Assembly (NCBI GenBank): GCA_022842935.1
Contig: JALHOP010000010.1
Location: forward strand, 4,926 to 68,925
DNA length: 64,000 nucleotides
From: Myxococcota bacterium
GTDB taxonomy: Bacteria; Myxococcota; XYA12-FULL-58-9; JALHOP01
Reading direction: 5' to 3'
A program made the position numbers and the translations under genes. The notes below the pieces were generated by a model, which worked only from the letters and a program-made list of their open reading frames with translations, was not told the origin of the DNA and did not search any database. Shown here one piece after another: positions 27,012 to 37,016 of this stretch. Every line of letters starts with the position of its first letter. Position 1 is the stretch's first letter.

Positions 27012-28339
27012 ACCCGCTCTCTCGCGCCTTGATGATGCTGGCGTATCACCTGCGTCACGCGGCGCGGAGCCTGTCGCGCACGCCCGGCTTCACCTTCGTC
27101 ATGGAGCTGTCGCTCGGGCTCGGTGTCGCGCTCTGGACCGTCGCCCGCACGGCGATCGATTCGCAAGCCAACGTGGCAATCGCCGACTCCGACCAAGTGT
27201 ATCTCGTCGAGATCCAGCGCGACATGCTGGTCCCGGTGCCGACGGAGAACCACGACCCGAACAGCTTCTGGGATCACGTCCCCGACATCATGCTGACCTA
27301 CCGTGATGCCACCGCCCTCGCCGCTCAGAGCGCGCGGCGGCACACGATCTCCTTCTTCTCTCCCCTGCTGGTGGCCAAAGCTGGCGGACCCGCGTCGAAC
27401 CTTCGCGTGCGCTTCACGACGTCACCGATATTCGAGATGTTCGACCACGTCTTCACAGAGGGGGCGCCTTGGTCGGACCAGGACGAAGCCCAAGATCCGC
27501 AGGTCTGCGTCATCACCGAGGACCTCGCCGAACGGTTGTTCGGGAGCGCCAGCGCAATCGGCGCCGTAGTCCGCATAAGCGGACGCGATTTTCGAGTTGT
27601 TGGAGTCGTCTTCGATAGTCGGACCGAGCGAAAGCTCTACGACTTCACCGCATATCCCGACACGGACAGCGTGTACGTCCCCCTCGCGGCTTGGGACGTG
27701 CTCGAAGCGCGTCCGGTCACCTACTACACTTGGGGCGGCCCCACGGTGTCGCACGACGAGCTGGTGCGCAGCGAGACCGGGTTTCTCCAGATGTTCGTCG
27801 AGCTGCCGAACGCGCAAGCAGTGGCGGACTACGAGAGGGTCTTGGCCGACTATGTGGCCGGCGAGCGCGAGACCAATCGCGCCCCGAAGATCGCGCGCCC
27901 GACCCTTCGCCCGCTCGATCAGTGGGCGAACATGCTGACGGCGACGCCTTTCGTACTCTTCCAGCTCTTCGGTGGCATCGCCTTCATCGCTTGCGTCTTC
28001 AATCTGGTCCGCCTCTTGATTGCGAAATTCTCGGCACGCGCCAACGAGGTCGCCATCCGCCGGGCACTGGGGGCGCCCCGCCGCACGGTCTTCGTTCAAC
28101 ACTTGCTCGAGGCCGAGCTCGTGTCATGCGGCGGCGCCGTCTTGGGCCTATTGCTCGCCGCGGGCGGCATCGCCATGCTGAACACTCTGATTATCGATCG
28201 CCCGGTCGACTTTTCGCTCGACACGCGACGCGTGCTTCTCGCTGTCGCTTCGGCGGTGCTTGCGGGCTTCGTTGCCGGCATCTACCCGGCCTGGCGTATT
28301 TGCAACACGCAGCCTGCCTCTGCGCTGAGGAGGCAATAA
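27008..28339 (+). CDS. ABC permease, MacB/FtsX family
   Basis: N-terminal TM, periplasmic domain, EVAIRRALGA, AGIYPA. Confidence 0.92.
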   Translation: MNPLSRALMMLAYHLRHAARSLSRTPGFTFVMELSLGLGVALWTVARTAIDSQANVAIADSDQVYLVEIQRDMLVPVPTENHDPNSFWDHVPDIMLTYRDATALAAQSARRHTISFFSPLLVAKAGGPASNLRVRFTTSPIFEMFDHVFTEGAPWSDQDEAQDPQVCVITEDLAERLFGSASAIGAVVRISGRDFRVVGVVFDSRTERKLYDFTAYPDTDSVYVPLAAWDVLEARPVTYYTWGGPTVSHDELVRSETGFLQMFVELPNAQAVADYERVLADYVAGERETNRAPKIARPTLRPLDQWANMLTATPFVLFQLFGGIAFIACVFNLVRLLIAKFSARANEVAIRRALGAPRRTVFVQHLLEAELVSCGGAVLGLLLAAGGIAMLNTLIIDRPVDFSLDTRRVLLAVASAVLAGFVAGIYPAWRICNTQPASALRRQ

Positions 28340-29523
28340 TGAGCGGTCACTACGGCCCCATGCTACGCGCTCTTGCAGCAAACCGCCGCGACTACCGGGT
28401 CCTCGTGTTCGCTACCGCGGTCGGCTACACGGTTGTCGTTCAAGCCTTGGCCTTCGCATCGTTGTTCTGGCGCGATCTCGCCTCCGACTATGGCATCGAC
28501 CCCGACCGCGTCGTGATTGTGCAGCTCGAAGCCAGTCGCGAAAACTCCGCATCCGCCGACGAGGTCAAGAGCGCCGCGCTCACAGTGCCCGGCGTCGAGA
28601 GTCTCGCGTGGCTCACACGGCGACCGTTCCGCTTCACCGAGTTCGGCGAGCCGGTGGCGCCCATCGATGACCGCATGCGTGCGCAACTCGCGTGGCCGTC
28701 TTCAGGTGACGAGAACCTCGTGCGCACGCTTGGCCTGACAATGCGCGCGGGTCGCAACTACACGCCGAAACGCGCCGAGCCCGGCGAGGACATCGAGGCG
28801 GTCGTAAGCATGTCTCTCGCGACCTTTCTCACAGGCAGCGCCAAGCCAACCGACGCACTTGGGGTGCGCTTCCTCCACGGCATCAACGACCGGGTAATGC
28901 GCATCGTCGGAATCGTGGACGATGTGTCGGTCCACACCAGCTGGGTCCCCGACGTTCACAACATCGTGTTCACCTATTCGCCGCTGGTCACCGCCCCCCG
29001 ACGCTTCGCGGTCATGCGCGTAGCAAGCGGCGATCCTGCGATCATCGACCGGGTCGGCGAGACGATCCGCGCGGGCGGCAATTGGGTCGAGCTCACGAGC
29101 CTGAGGAACCTGCGGGCGTCTACCAGCGCAACGAGTCGAGGCGCCGCACGCGTCCAGATTGTCGTCATCGCTGTCGTCTTGTTCGTCGGACTTATCGGTA
29201 ACTTCGGCGCCGCCTCGTTCTCGGTCGCCGAACGCGCGCGAACCATCGGCATCCGGCGTGCTTTGGGGGCCACTCGCGGGCAGATCATCCGCTACTTCCT
29301 CGAGGAGAACCTGCTCGTCACCACCGGCGGCATCGTCATCGGCATCCCCATCGCTTTAGCGGTCGGTACCGCCGCCGAGCATCTAGAGACGAGCTTCATT
29401 CTCGAATGGAAGCAGATGGTGCTCGCGGCCCTCTGTTTCTACGTCACGAGCCTGTGGGCAGCACATGCGCCGGCGCTCAAAGCCGCGCGTATTCCCCCTT
29501 CGGTGGTGAGCCAGGCCGCATAG
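28339..29523 (+). CDS. ABC permease, MacB/FtsX family
   Basis: ATG overlaps the previous stop; IGIRRALGATRGQIIRYFLEEN; PALKAARIPP. Confidence 0.92.
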   Translation: MSGHYGPMLRALAANRRDYRVLVFATAVGYTVVVQALAFASLFWRDLASDYGIDPDRVVIVQLEASRENSASADEVKSAALTVPGVESLAWLTRRPFRFTEFGEPVAPIDDRMRAQLAWPSSGDENLVRTLGLTMRAGRNYTPKRAEPGEDIEAVVSMSLATFLTGSAKPTDALGVRFLHGINDRVMRIVGIVDDVSVHTSWVPDVHNIVFTYSPLVTAPRRFAVMRVASGDPAIIDRVGETIRAGGNWVELTSLRNLRASTSATSRGAARVQIVVIAVVLFVGLIGNFGAASFSVAERARTIGIRRALGATRGQIIRYFLEENLLVTTGGIVIGIPIALAVGTAAEHLETSFILEWKQMVLAALCFYVTSLWAAHAPALKAARIPPSVVSQAA

Positions 29524-29541
29524 GCTAGAGTGAGGAAGAGC

Positions 29542-30981
29542 ATGTCGTCCCTGAAAGTGTTGATTGTCGATGACCAGGACGCCGTACGCTCGGCGCTTGA
29601 GCTTCTCCTCGACATCCAGGGCATCCCAACGGTGAGCGTCGACTCGCCCGCGGCCGCCATCGCGGCCATCGACCGTGGCGACGTCGGCTGCGTCATCCAA
29701 GACATGAACTTCACCCAGAGCAACACCACGGGCGAAGAAGGCGTCGAGCTGTTCAAGCAACTCCACGCCAAGGCGCCCGAGGTCGGCATCCTGCTGATGA
29801 CGGCGTGGACCTCTCTCGAGACCGCCGTGAAGCTCGTCAAGGAAGGCGCGGCCGACTACATCGCCAAGCCCTGGGACGACGAGAAGGTCGTCCGCTCGGT
29901 GAAGTATCTGCTCGCCCTGCGCGAGCTCAAGCTCGAGAATCTTCGCCTACGCGACCAGGCGTTACGTATGCGCGACCAGATGGCCGCCAAATACGATCTG
30001 CGTGGGCTCATCTACGCGAGCCAGGGTATGCACGAGGTCGTGACCCTGGCGGTGAACGTCGCCCCCTCGGACGCCGCGGTGCTGATCACGGGTCCAAACG
30101 GCTCGGGCAAGGAGAAGATCGCAGAGATCGTTCAGGCAAACTCACGCCGCCGCGACAAGCCGTTCGTCAAGGTGAACGCGGGCGGCCTTCCCGACGAGCT
30201 TCTCGACGCCGAGCTTTTCGGCGCCGAAGCTGGCGCCTATACGGGCGCCACCAAGCTGCGTGTCGGTCGCTTCGAAGCTGCCGACGGAGGCACGCTCTTC
30301 CTCGACGAGATCGGCAATCTGTCCATGAGCGGCCAGGCCAAGATCCTGCGCATCCTGCAAACAGGCGAGTTCGAACGCCTGGGTTCCAGCGTGACTCGCA
30401 AGGTGAACGTCCGCATGGTGTCGGCCACCAATGTCGACCTGCAGACCGCTATCGCGACAGGCAAGTTCCGCGAAGACCTGTACTTCCGTCTGAACGTCAT
30501 CGAGCTGCGCGTCCCGGCGCTCGCCGACCGTATCGATGACATCTTGCCGCTCGCGACTTACTTTCTGAAGCAGTACGCAGCCGAGAACACTCCCCGTCTC
30601 GGCGAGGACGCTGAGCGCTTGCTCAAACGCTACCCATGGCCCGGCAACGTCCGAGAGCTGCAGAACCGTATGCAGCGCGCCACCTTGGTCTGTCGGGACG
30701 GCATCATACGCCACGAGGACCTCGGTATCGCCCAGGAGCACGAAGCACCAGCGTCGCGTGTGCCCGCGCGCCCTGCGCCAAGCCCGCAAACCAACATGTC
30801 CAGACCCAGCACCCCGGCGGCCCCCCCAGCCGAGCTCGACCGCGGCGTCATCGAAGAGGCCCTGTTGCGAAATGGAGGCCTCGTGAGCCGAGCCGCTTCA
30901 GACCTGGGATTGAGCCGCCAGGCGCTGTATCGTCGTATGGAGAAGCTGGGGATCGTGCTCGAGCGTAAGCCGAGAATGTGA
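29542..30981 (+). CDS. Sigma54-dependent response regulator (NtrC/ZraR-like)
   Basis: Receiver (VDD, QDMNF, KPW); GPNGSGKE; GAYTGA (GAFTGA variant); LFLDEIG; WPGNVRELQN; Fis-type HTH. Confidence 0.96.
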   Translation: MSSLKVLIVDDQDAVRSALELLLDIQGIPTVSVDSPAAAIAAIDRGDVGCVIQDMNFTQSNTTGEEGVELFKQLHAKAPEVGILLMTAWTSLETAVKLVKEGAADYIAKPWDDEKVVRSVKYLLALRELKLENLRLRDQALRMRDQMAAKYDLRGLIYASQGMHEVVTLAVNVAPSDAAVLITGPNGSGKEKIAEIVQANSRRRDKPFVKVNAGGLPDELLDAELFGAEAGAYTGATKLRVGRFEAADGGTLFLDEIGNLSMSGQAKILRILQTGEFERLGSSVTRKVNVRMVSATNVDLQTAIATGKFREDLYFRLNVIELRVPALADRIDDILPLATYFLKQYAAENTPRLGEDAERLLKRYPWPGNVRELQNRMQRATLVCRDGIIRHEDLGIAQEHEAPASRVPARPAPSPQTNMSRPSTPAAPPAELDRGVIEEALLRNGGLVSRAASDLGLSRQALYRRMEKLGIVLERKPRM

Positions 30982-32438
30982 GGCAAAGCAGTATGGATCC
31001 CGTGCAAAAACTCAAAGCCGACTGTCGCGAGGCACGCCGTTTTCACGGCAAGCCAAATCTCGCCCGGCTCAACATGCGCGCCCGCGCTTTCTTCACCATC
31101 ATGGCGGTCGTCGGTCTCGCGGTGCTCGCGACCATGATGACCAGCGAGATGGTGCGCTCGCCGATGCAGCAAGTCGCAGTCACCATTCTCCTTGCGGTGC
31201 CCCTCGCGGCGATCATCGTATGGATGGTGCTACGGCCGGTGCGGGAGCTGGTTCAGGCGGTGAGCGACGGCCTCTTGTCATACCGTGAAGGTGACTACAC
31301 CATGCGCTTGGCCGTCGGATGCGAGGGTGGCATCGGCGACATTGTGCAGCGCTTCAACGCGCTCGGCGACATGCTCTCGACCGACCGCAACGCCACGTAC
31401 CAGAAGCACATGATCTTCGAGACCGTGCTGCAGTCAGCGCCCGTATCGATCGTCCTCTGCGACGAAGCCGGCTATGTGCTCTTCGCCAACAACGCCGCTT
31501 GTGAGCTCTTCAACGAAGGCAGCTCCCTCGAGGGTGCCGACATCCATCAGGTGCTGGCGAGTGTTCCAGACGAGATGCGCGAGGCGCTCGAGTCGGGTCA
31601 AGATTCGTTGTTTACGGTGAGCCGCAACGGCAACGTCGATACGTTCCACGTGCAGAAGCGCTACTTCGAAATCAAGACGCAGCTCGTGACGTTCTACAAG
31701 GTCGAGACGTTGTCACGCGAGCTCGCGCGCCAGGAGGTCGAGGTCTGGAAGCGCGCCATCCGGGTGATCGGACACGAGATTAACAACACGCTGGCGCCGG
31801 TGAGCTCACTCGTCCACTCCGCGAAAGCGATCGCTGGTATGCCCGAGAAAGCGGACAAGCTCGTCAAGGTCTTCGACACCATCGAAGAGCGTACTGGCCA
31901 CCTCAAAGACTTCCTGCAGTCGTATGCCCGCTTCGCTCAGTTGCCCCGGCCCACCAAGAGTTTGCAATCGTGGAACGCCCTGCTCGAGAGCGTGCGTCCG
32001 CTTTACAGCTTCGAGGTCGCAGGCCCCCTCCCGGACGCGGCCGGGTACTTCGACCCGACCCAGCTTCAGCAGGTACTCATCAATCTGGTGAAGAACGCGT
32101 ACGAATCGGGGAGTGCCCACGGCGCCATTCAGGTGCACGTCGGTCACGCCGAGGAAGGAGGCTTCGAGCTCTGCGTCCTCGATCGCGGTTCAGGCATCAG
32201 CGACGAGGCCCTCAAGAAGGTCCTCTTGCCCTTCTACTCCACGAAGAAACAGGGCCAGGGACTGGGTCTTTCACTCAGCCGCGAAATCATCGAGGCCCAC
32301 GGGGGGCGACTTTCGATCCACCGGCGCGAGGGCGGCGGCACCATGGTCCGCTGCTACTTGCCATCACGGGAGCAGCAGGCAACGACCTCGAGCACGGAGA
32401 TCTCGACGGCGGCCCTGCAGGCACGTATCGAAGCCTAA
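30978..32438 (+). CDS. Sensor histidine kinase (TM-HAMP-PAS-kinase)
   Basis: HEINN H-box, NLVKNA N-box, DRGSG, FYSTKKQGQGLGL. Confidence 0.94.
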   Translation: MRQSSMDPVQKLKADCREARRFHGKPNLARLNMRARAFFTIMAVVGLAVLATMMTSEMVRSPMQQVAVTILLAVPLAAIIVWMVLRPVRELVQAVSDGLLSYREGDYTMRLAVGCEGGIGDIVQRFNALGDMLSTDRNATYQKHMIFETVLQSAPVSIVLCDEAGYVLFANNAACELFNEGSSLEGADIHQVLASVPDEMREALESGQDSLFTVSRNGNVDTFHVQKRYFEIKTQLVTFYKVETLSRELARQEVEVWKRAIRVIGHEINNTLAPVSSLVHSAKAIAGMPEKADKLVKVFDTIEERTGHLKDFLQSYARFAQLPRPTKSLQSWNALLESVRPLYSFEVAGPLPDAAGYFDPTQLQQVLINLVKNAYESGSAHGAIQVHVGHAEEGGFELCVLDRGSGISDEALKKVLLPFYSTKKQGQGLGLSLSREIIEAHGGRLSIHRREGGGTMVRCYLPSREQQATTSSTEISTAALQARIEA

Positions 32439-32530
32439 CCCCGCCGCTCGAGCCCTGTGGCTAGAACACGGCTCGAGCTGCCTTTGTTGGGCTGCGGCAC
32501 GTGCGCGACTCATGTTATGAGCCAGCGGCC

Positions 32531-33607
32531 ATGATGATTGTCGGCCTCGGCCGCGACGAGCTGCGGGCGGTTCTTGCCCCTCTGGAACTCGACACCCCGC
32601 GCGTCTTCCGCGCGCTGTGGACGGGGCTGTACGCACGCGGCGCGACGTCAATCGAGCAGCTCGGTCTGGGCAAGAAGGTGTGCGAGAAGCTCGCCGGAGC
32701 GGTAAGCCTCGCCCGCCCTGAGATGGTCCGCGAGCAGGTCTCGAGCGACGGAACGCGCAAGTGGCTGCTGAAGCTCGCCGACGGTAACCTCGTCGAGACC
32801 GTCTACATCCCCGAAGAAGGTCGCGGCGCGGTCTGCGTCTCATCGCAGGTCGGGTGCACCATGCGCTGCTCCTTCTGCCACACGGGTACGCAGCCCCTGG
32901 TGCGCAACCTTACCGCGGCCGAAATCGCCGCCCAGGTCGTCCTCGCACGTGACCGTCTCGGTGACTTCGTTGGCGGCAAGCGAGGCAATCTGGTCGGCAG
33001 CGTCGTGCTCATGGGTATGGGTGAGCCGCTCGCAAACTTCGATGCCGTCGTGTCTGCCATTGCGGTCATGAGTGATGCCGATGGCCTCGCCATCTCGAGG
33101 CGTCGCATCACGCTTTCCACCTCGGGTCTCGTGCCTCAGATCGACCGCCTCGGCAGCGAGTGTCCCGTGAGTCTCGCCATCAGTCTGCACGCGACGAACG
33201 ACGCGCTGCGCAACGAGCTGGTGCCAATCAACACGCGCTTCAATCTCGCGACGCTCATCGATGCCTGTCGCCGCTATCCAGCGACCAATGCCCGACGCAT
33301 TCTGTTCGAATACGTCATGCTCGACGGCGTCAATGACAGCGACGCCGAGGCGCGAGCGCTCGTGAAGCTACTCGCGGGCTTGCACGCCAAGGTGAACCTC
33401 ATCCCCTTCAATCCGTGGCCAGGTAGCCGTTATGGCACGTCGAAACCCGAGCGGATCGAGGCCTTCGCGCGCATCCTGGTCGAGGCCGGCTACCCTTCGC
33501 CGGTACGCACGCCGCGCGGCCGGGACATCGCAGCGGCCTGCGGGCAGCTCAAGAGCGATTCGACCCGTCCCCAAAAAGCCCCTCGATCGTTGCATGCTGA
33601 CATCTAA
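32531..33607 (+). CDS. rlmN: 23S rRNA A2503/tRNA A37 C2-methyltransferase RlmN
   Basis: CVSSQVGC, radical-SAM CxxxCxxC (CTMRCSFC), MGMGEP, EYVML, NLIPFN, AACGQL. Confidence 0.97.
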   Translation: MMIVGLGRDELRAVLAPLELDTPRVFRALWTGLYARGATSIEQLGLGKKVCEKLAGAVSLARPEMVREQVSSDGTRKWLLKLADGNLVETVYIPEEGRGAVCVSSQVGCTMRCSFCHTGTQPLVRNLTAAEIAAQVVLARDRLGDFVGGKRGNLVGSVVLMGMGEPLANFDAVVSAIAVMSDADGLAISRRRITLSTSGLVPQIDRLGSECPVSLAISLHATNDALRNELVPINTRFNLATLIDACRRYPATNARRILFEYVMLDGVNDSDAEARALVKLLAGLHAKVNLIPFNPWPGSRYGTSKPERIEAFARILVEAGYPSPVRTPRGRDIAAACGQLKSDSTRPQKAPRSLHADI

Positions 33608-33648
33608 GCGTTAATTTAAGTGGTGGTCTCTGGGGAGGGACGTCCGCC

Positions 33649-34182
33649 ATGCAAGTCAATCAACAGCGTCCGGCAACGCCGGCGCCGGTGCCCGTGTCCA
33701 ACAAGGTCGATGCGCGAGTGAACCTTGACGTCGGTCGCTCGCTCGCCGAGCAGGGGCGCTTACGCCGCGACGACCGTGGACTCAACCGTTTCGGCCCGCT
33801 GCCGGGCGAGGTTTTTTCAGACGAGGCGCGCTTCGGTAGCTTCAGCTAGCTCCTTGGTGGACCGAAATAAGTGGCCGCCGCCGTCGGCCCAAGCGGTCGG
33901 TCATCATTGCATCGCGCACTCGTTCAACCGGCATATCCGGCTGACCTCGTGGTCGCGCTCGTGAAGGCAGGCGCCGACGTCAATCTTCCTTATCCCATCG
34001 AGGGCTCGACGATGCTGCCGCTGGTCATGGCCACGCTTCGTAAGCAACCCGCTCAAGTCATCTCTGCCTTTGTAACCGCTGGGGCGGACATCAACGCACC
34101 AGTTGCGATGGCTGGCGGCAAACCCTTCATCGAGGTGGCTCGTAAGAAATGGCCCGACCGCATCAAAGAGCTCGTCGGCTGA
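33649..34182 (+). pseudogene. Probable interrupted ankyrin-repeat gene
   Basis: ORFs 33649-33849 and 33871-34182 share a frame, separated by TAG (33847) and TAA (33868). The second part has ankyrin-like LVKAGADVN and FVTAGADIN. Confidence 0.45.
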
Positions 34183-34222
34183 CCACGAACCCGCTTCGAC
34201 CAGCATTCCATCGAGGCGCGTG

Positions 34223-34651
34223 TCAGAGCGGCGCATCCGGGTCGTGGTTTGCTCCCTTGGGCTGAGGGGCGCCGTGCCAGCCCATCTTCACCTCGCCGGT
34301 CGTCTTGTCGATCAGGTACTGCACAGCGCCGCCAAAGTGCGTCTCGGTGTCGCGGTCGTAGACGACAGCCTCATAGTTCGTGCCCCGGTCGTAGATCACG
34401 ACGCGCGCCCCGGCCCTGTCGCTAACGAATTTGTCGAGGATCGGAACGTGCTTGACCTCCGCGTCACTCAACTGCGGGCGCGCAGGCTTGTCATCCCCGA
34501 CCTTCACGAGAGCCTCTTTGGAAGCGCATGCGAGCAACGTCAATGCGATGACCACGCTAGTCGCTTTCCGAGCGCCTCCGGCACCGAGCAACGACGCACG
34601 AGGCGACATTGCGACCGCCATGAGGTTTCTCATTCGCCCACGCTTGCCCAC
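34223..34651 (-). CDS. Hypothetical lipoprotein (start uncertain)
   Basis: VVIALTLLAC lipobox; small domain ending YLIDKTTGEV. Confidence 0.55.
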   Translation of the reverse strand: MGKRGRMRNLMAVAMSPRASLLGAGGARKATSVVIALTLLACASKEALVKVGDDKPARPQLSDAEVKHVPILDKFVSDRAGARVVIYDRGTNYEAVVYDRDTETHFGGAVQYLIDKTTGEVKMGWHGAPQPKGANHDPDAPL

Positions 34652-34974
34652 GCCTCGCTGCTTTCGGGAAGTCTATTCGACGCGAGAGCAGGTGCTGGGC
34701 CATCCGGGGCTTGCTGGCGCGCACGGTACACCCGCGCTAACATCGCGTCATTCGCTGCCCAGGGCTACAGATGATGCGAGCGCCGGACGCCGCGTCGCAA
34801 CGACAACGGCGAGATCATGAACTTCGCGGTGCTCCCCGCCAACGCTTGGGTGGAGATCCCGGAGAGCAGCTACCTCGCGCAGATCAAACCGATCTTGGAT
34901 GCCAACTACAGCGGCAGGCCCTGCGGCGTTTTGTCCGGTTGCTAGCCTCGCAGGCGCGGCGTACATAGGAGCCC

Positions 34975-36285
34975 ATGCGCGGTGGCACGGGCGCAACTGC
35001 GCCTACGCGGCGCTTGGTCCTTGCGCAAACTGACGCGCCTGCGGTGGATTCCGCCCAGCGCATCGGGTTCGCCTGGCTCGTAAATCTTCGTTGGCTCGCG
35101 GCCGCTGGTCAGCTCACCCTGCTCGCCTACGCGCACTTTGCGCTCGCGCTGAGTCTGGGCTTCTCGGTGATTCTCGCGCTGATTGCCATCACAGCGACAA
35201 CCAACGCCGTCCTCCACTGGCGCCTCCGCCGAGGCCTGCAGGGCTCGCCCGCGCTCGTCGCCACGTTGCTGGTTCTCGACACATTGCTGCTGACGGGCAT
35301 GCTCTATGCGAGCGGTGGCGCCTCGAACCCGTTCTCCGTCTTCTACCTCGTGCACGTGGCGCTTGCGGCTACACTCTTGAGCTGGCGCTGGATCTGGGTC
35401 CTCGCGGCAACCACGACGGTCTGCTTTGGCTCGCTGTTCCTCCTCGCATCCGCGAACCCGCACGCGCACATGCATGGCGACTTCAACATCCACCTGCGTG
35501 GGATGTGGCTGTCGTACGTGTTGGCGGCTGGCTCGATTGGCTATTTCATGACGCGCGTCAAAAGGAGCCTCGCCCAGCGAGAAGCGCAGACCGAAGCGCT
35601 CGATGCGTTGCGCGCGCGCTCCGAACAAGTGGTCGCTTTGTCCGCGCTCGCGGCAGGCGCCGCGCACGAGCTGGGTACGCCCCTTGGCACGATTGCTCTC
35701 ATCGCCAAGGAGCTCGAGCTTGCGACCCACGGCAAGCTCGACCCGGAGCGGGCCCGCGAAGACGCCGCTCTCCTCCGCAGCGAGGTCGACCGATGCAGGG
35801 CCATCCTCGCGACCATGGGCGACCATTCCGGAGATGCCCAGGTAGACAGCGCTGCCAAGACGTCTACAGTGCTGATCGTGCGCGAGATCATGGCAGCTCT
35901 CGGCTCGGCACGAGCAGCGCGGCTCACTGTCCGTGGGGCGCAAGAGCACATTGTGGTGCGCGCCCCTCTTCGCCCAATCGTTCAGGCCCTCGTCAACTTG
36001 GTGGTCAATGCGCTGGACGCCTCGAGCGATGCAGTGGAGCTGACTGTCGAGCCCGGACCAGGTGAGGTTTGCTTCGCGGTGAGTGACCGCGGTAGCGGAA
36101 TGTCCCCCGAAACCTTGGCCCGTGTCGGGGAGCCCTTCTTCACGACCAAGGCCGCCAGCCGTGGCTTCGGTCTCGGGCTGTTCCTGGTGCGGAGCTTCGC
36201 CGAACGAACGCGCTCTCGTCTCGAGATCATTTCTACGCCAGGCGCAGGTACACGAGTCGAGCTCGCCGTCCACGGAGGGGCCTGA
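34975..36285 (+). CDS. regB: RegB/PrrB-family redox sensor kinase
   Basis: LRWLA; GGASNPF quinone-binding motif; His-rich loop HAHMHGDFNIH; AAGAAHELGTPL; DRCR Cys; GFGLGLF. Confidence 0.9.
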   Translation: MRGGTGATAPTRRLVLAQTDAPAVDSAQRIGFAWLVNLRWLAAAGQLTLLAYAHFALALSLGFSVILALIAITATTNAVLHWRLRRGLQGSPALVATLLVLDTLLLTGMLYASGGASNPFSVFYLVHVALAATLLSWRWIWVLAATTTVCFGSLFLLASANPHAHMHGDFNIHLRGMWLSYVLAAGSIGYFMTRVKRSLAQREAQTEALDALRARSEQVVALSALAAGAAHELGTPLGTIALIAKELELATHGKLDPERAREDAALLRSEVDRCRAILATMGDHSGDAQVDSAAKTSTVLIVREIMAALGSARAARLTVRGAQEHIVVRAPLRPIVQALVNLVVNALDASSDAVELTVEPGPGEVCFAVSDRGSGMSPETLARVGEPFFTTKAASRGFGLGLFLVRSFAERTRSRLEIISTPGAGTRVELAVHGGA

Positions 36286-36797
36286 TGCGCTTGCTTGTCA
36301 TCGACGACGACGCGGTCTTTCGCACCCGGCTGGTTCGCGCCCTGAAAGAGCGCGATGTCGAGGTCTCCCCGGCGGCGGACGCGACCGAAGCGATGACGAT
36401 GGCTCGCCAGCAGGCGCCGACACACGCTCTAGTGGATCTTCGGCTGGGTAACTCGGACGGCATCGAGCTCGTGCGCGACCTGAGGGCACTCGCGCCCGCC
36501 ATGACCATCGTCGTGCTTACCGGCTACGGGAGTATCGTGACCGCCGTCGAAGCGATGCACGCGGGCGCCACCAACTACCTCACCAAGCCGGTCGACGCCG
36601 AGCAGATCCTCGCGACTCTCCGCGGTGAAGGTGCCGACACCCAAGCCGATGTACCGAGCCTCGCGCGGGTTGAGTGGGAACACATGCAGCGGGTGCTCGC
36701 CGACTGCGACGGCAATATCTCGGAAGCGGCACGTCGACTGGGTCTGCACCGCAGGTCGCTTCAACGAAAGCTCGCCAAGTACCCACCCACGCGTTAG
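36285..36797 (+). CDS. regA: RegA/PrrA-family response regulator
   Basis: LTGYGSIVTAV; WEHMQRVL..CDGNISEAARRLGLHRRSLQRKL. Confidence 0.93.
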   Translation: MRLLVIDDDAVFRTRLVRALKERDVEVSPAADATEAMTMARQQAPTHALVDLRLGNSDGIELVRDLRALAPAMTIVVLTGYGSIVTAVEAMHAGATNYLTKPVDAEQILATLRGEGADTQADVPSLARVEWEHMQRVLADCDGNISEAARRLGLHRRSLQRKLAKYPPTR

Positions 36798-37016
36798 GGG
36801 TCCGCAGTCATTCATCGCGCTAGTTGCGCCGGACCCAAGCCCGGGGTCGCTAGGCGGGTTGCTGGCACGCTGGGGACACGAGCCACACGCGTCCGACGCG
36901 AGGGGCAGATGTCCGCCGTTGCCGGCTGCTCCGACCTCTTCATAGCCCGCGCGCTCGACGCGCGAGGTTTTGCACGTTGCTTGCAGAGCTGTCGGCCACA
37001 AAGGGAGGAACAGCCC

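Noticed and set aside
27691-28338. N-terminal extension making the second permease 610 aa
   Set aside because: It is an alternative frame of the first permease; the real start is the ATG at 28339 overlapping the previous stop.
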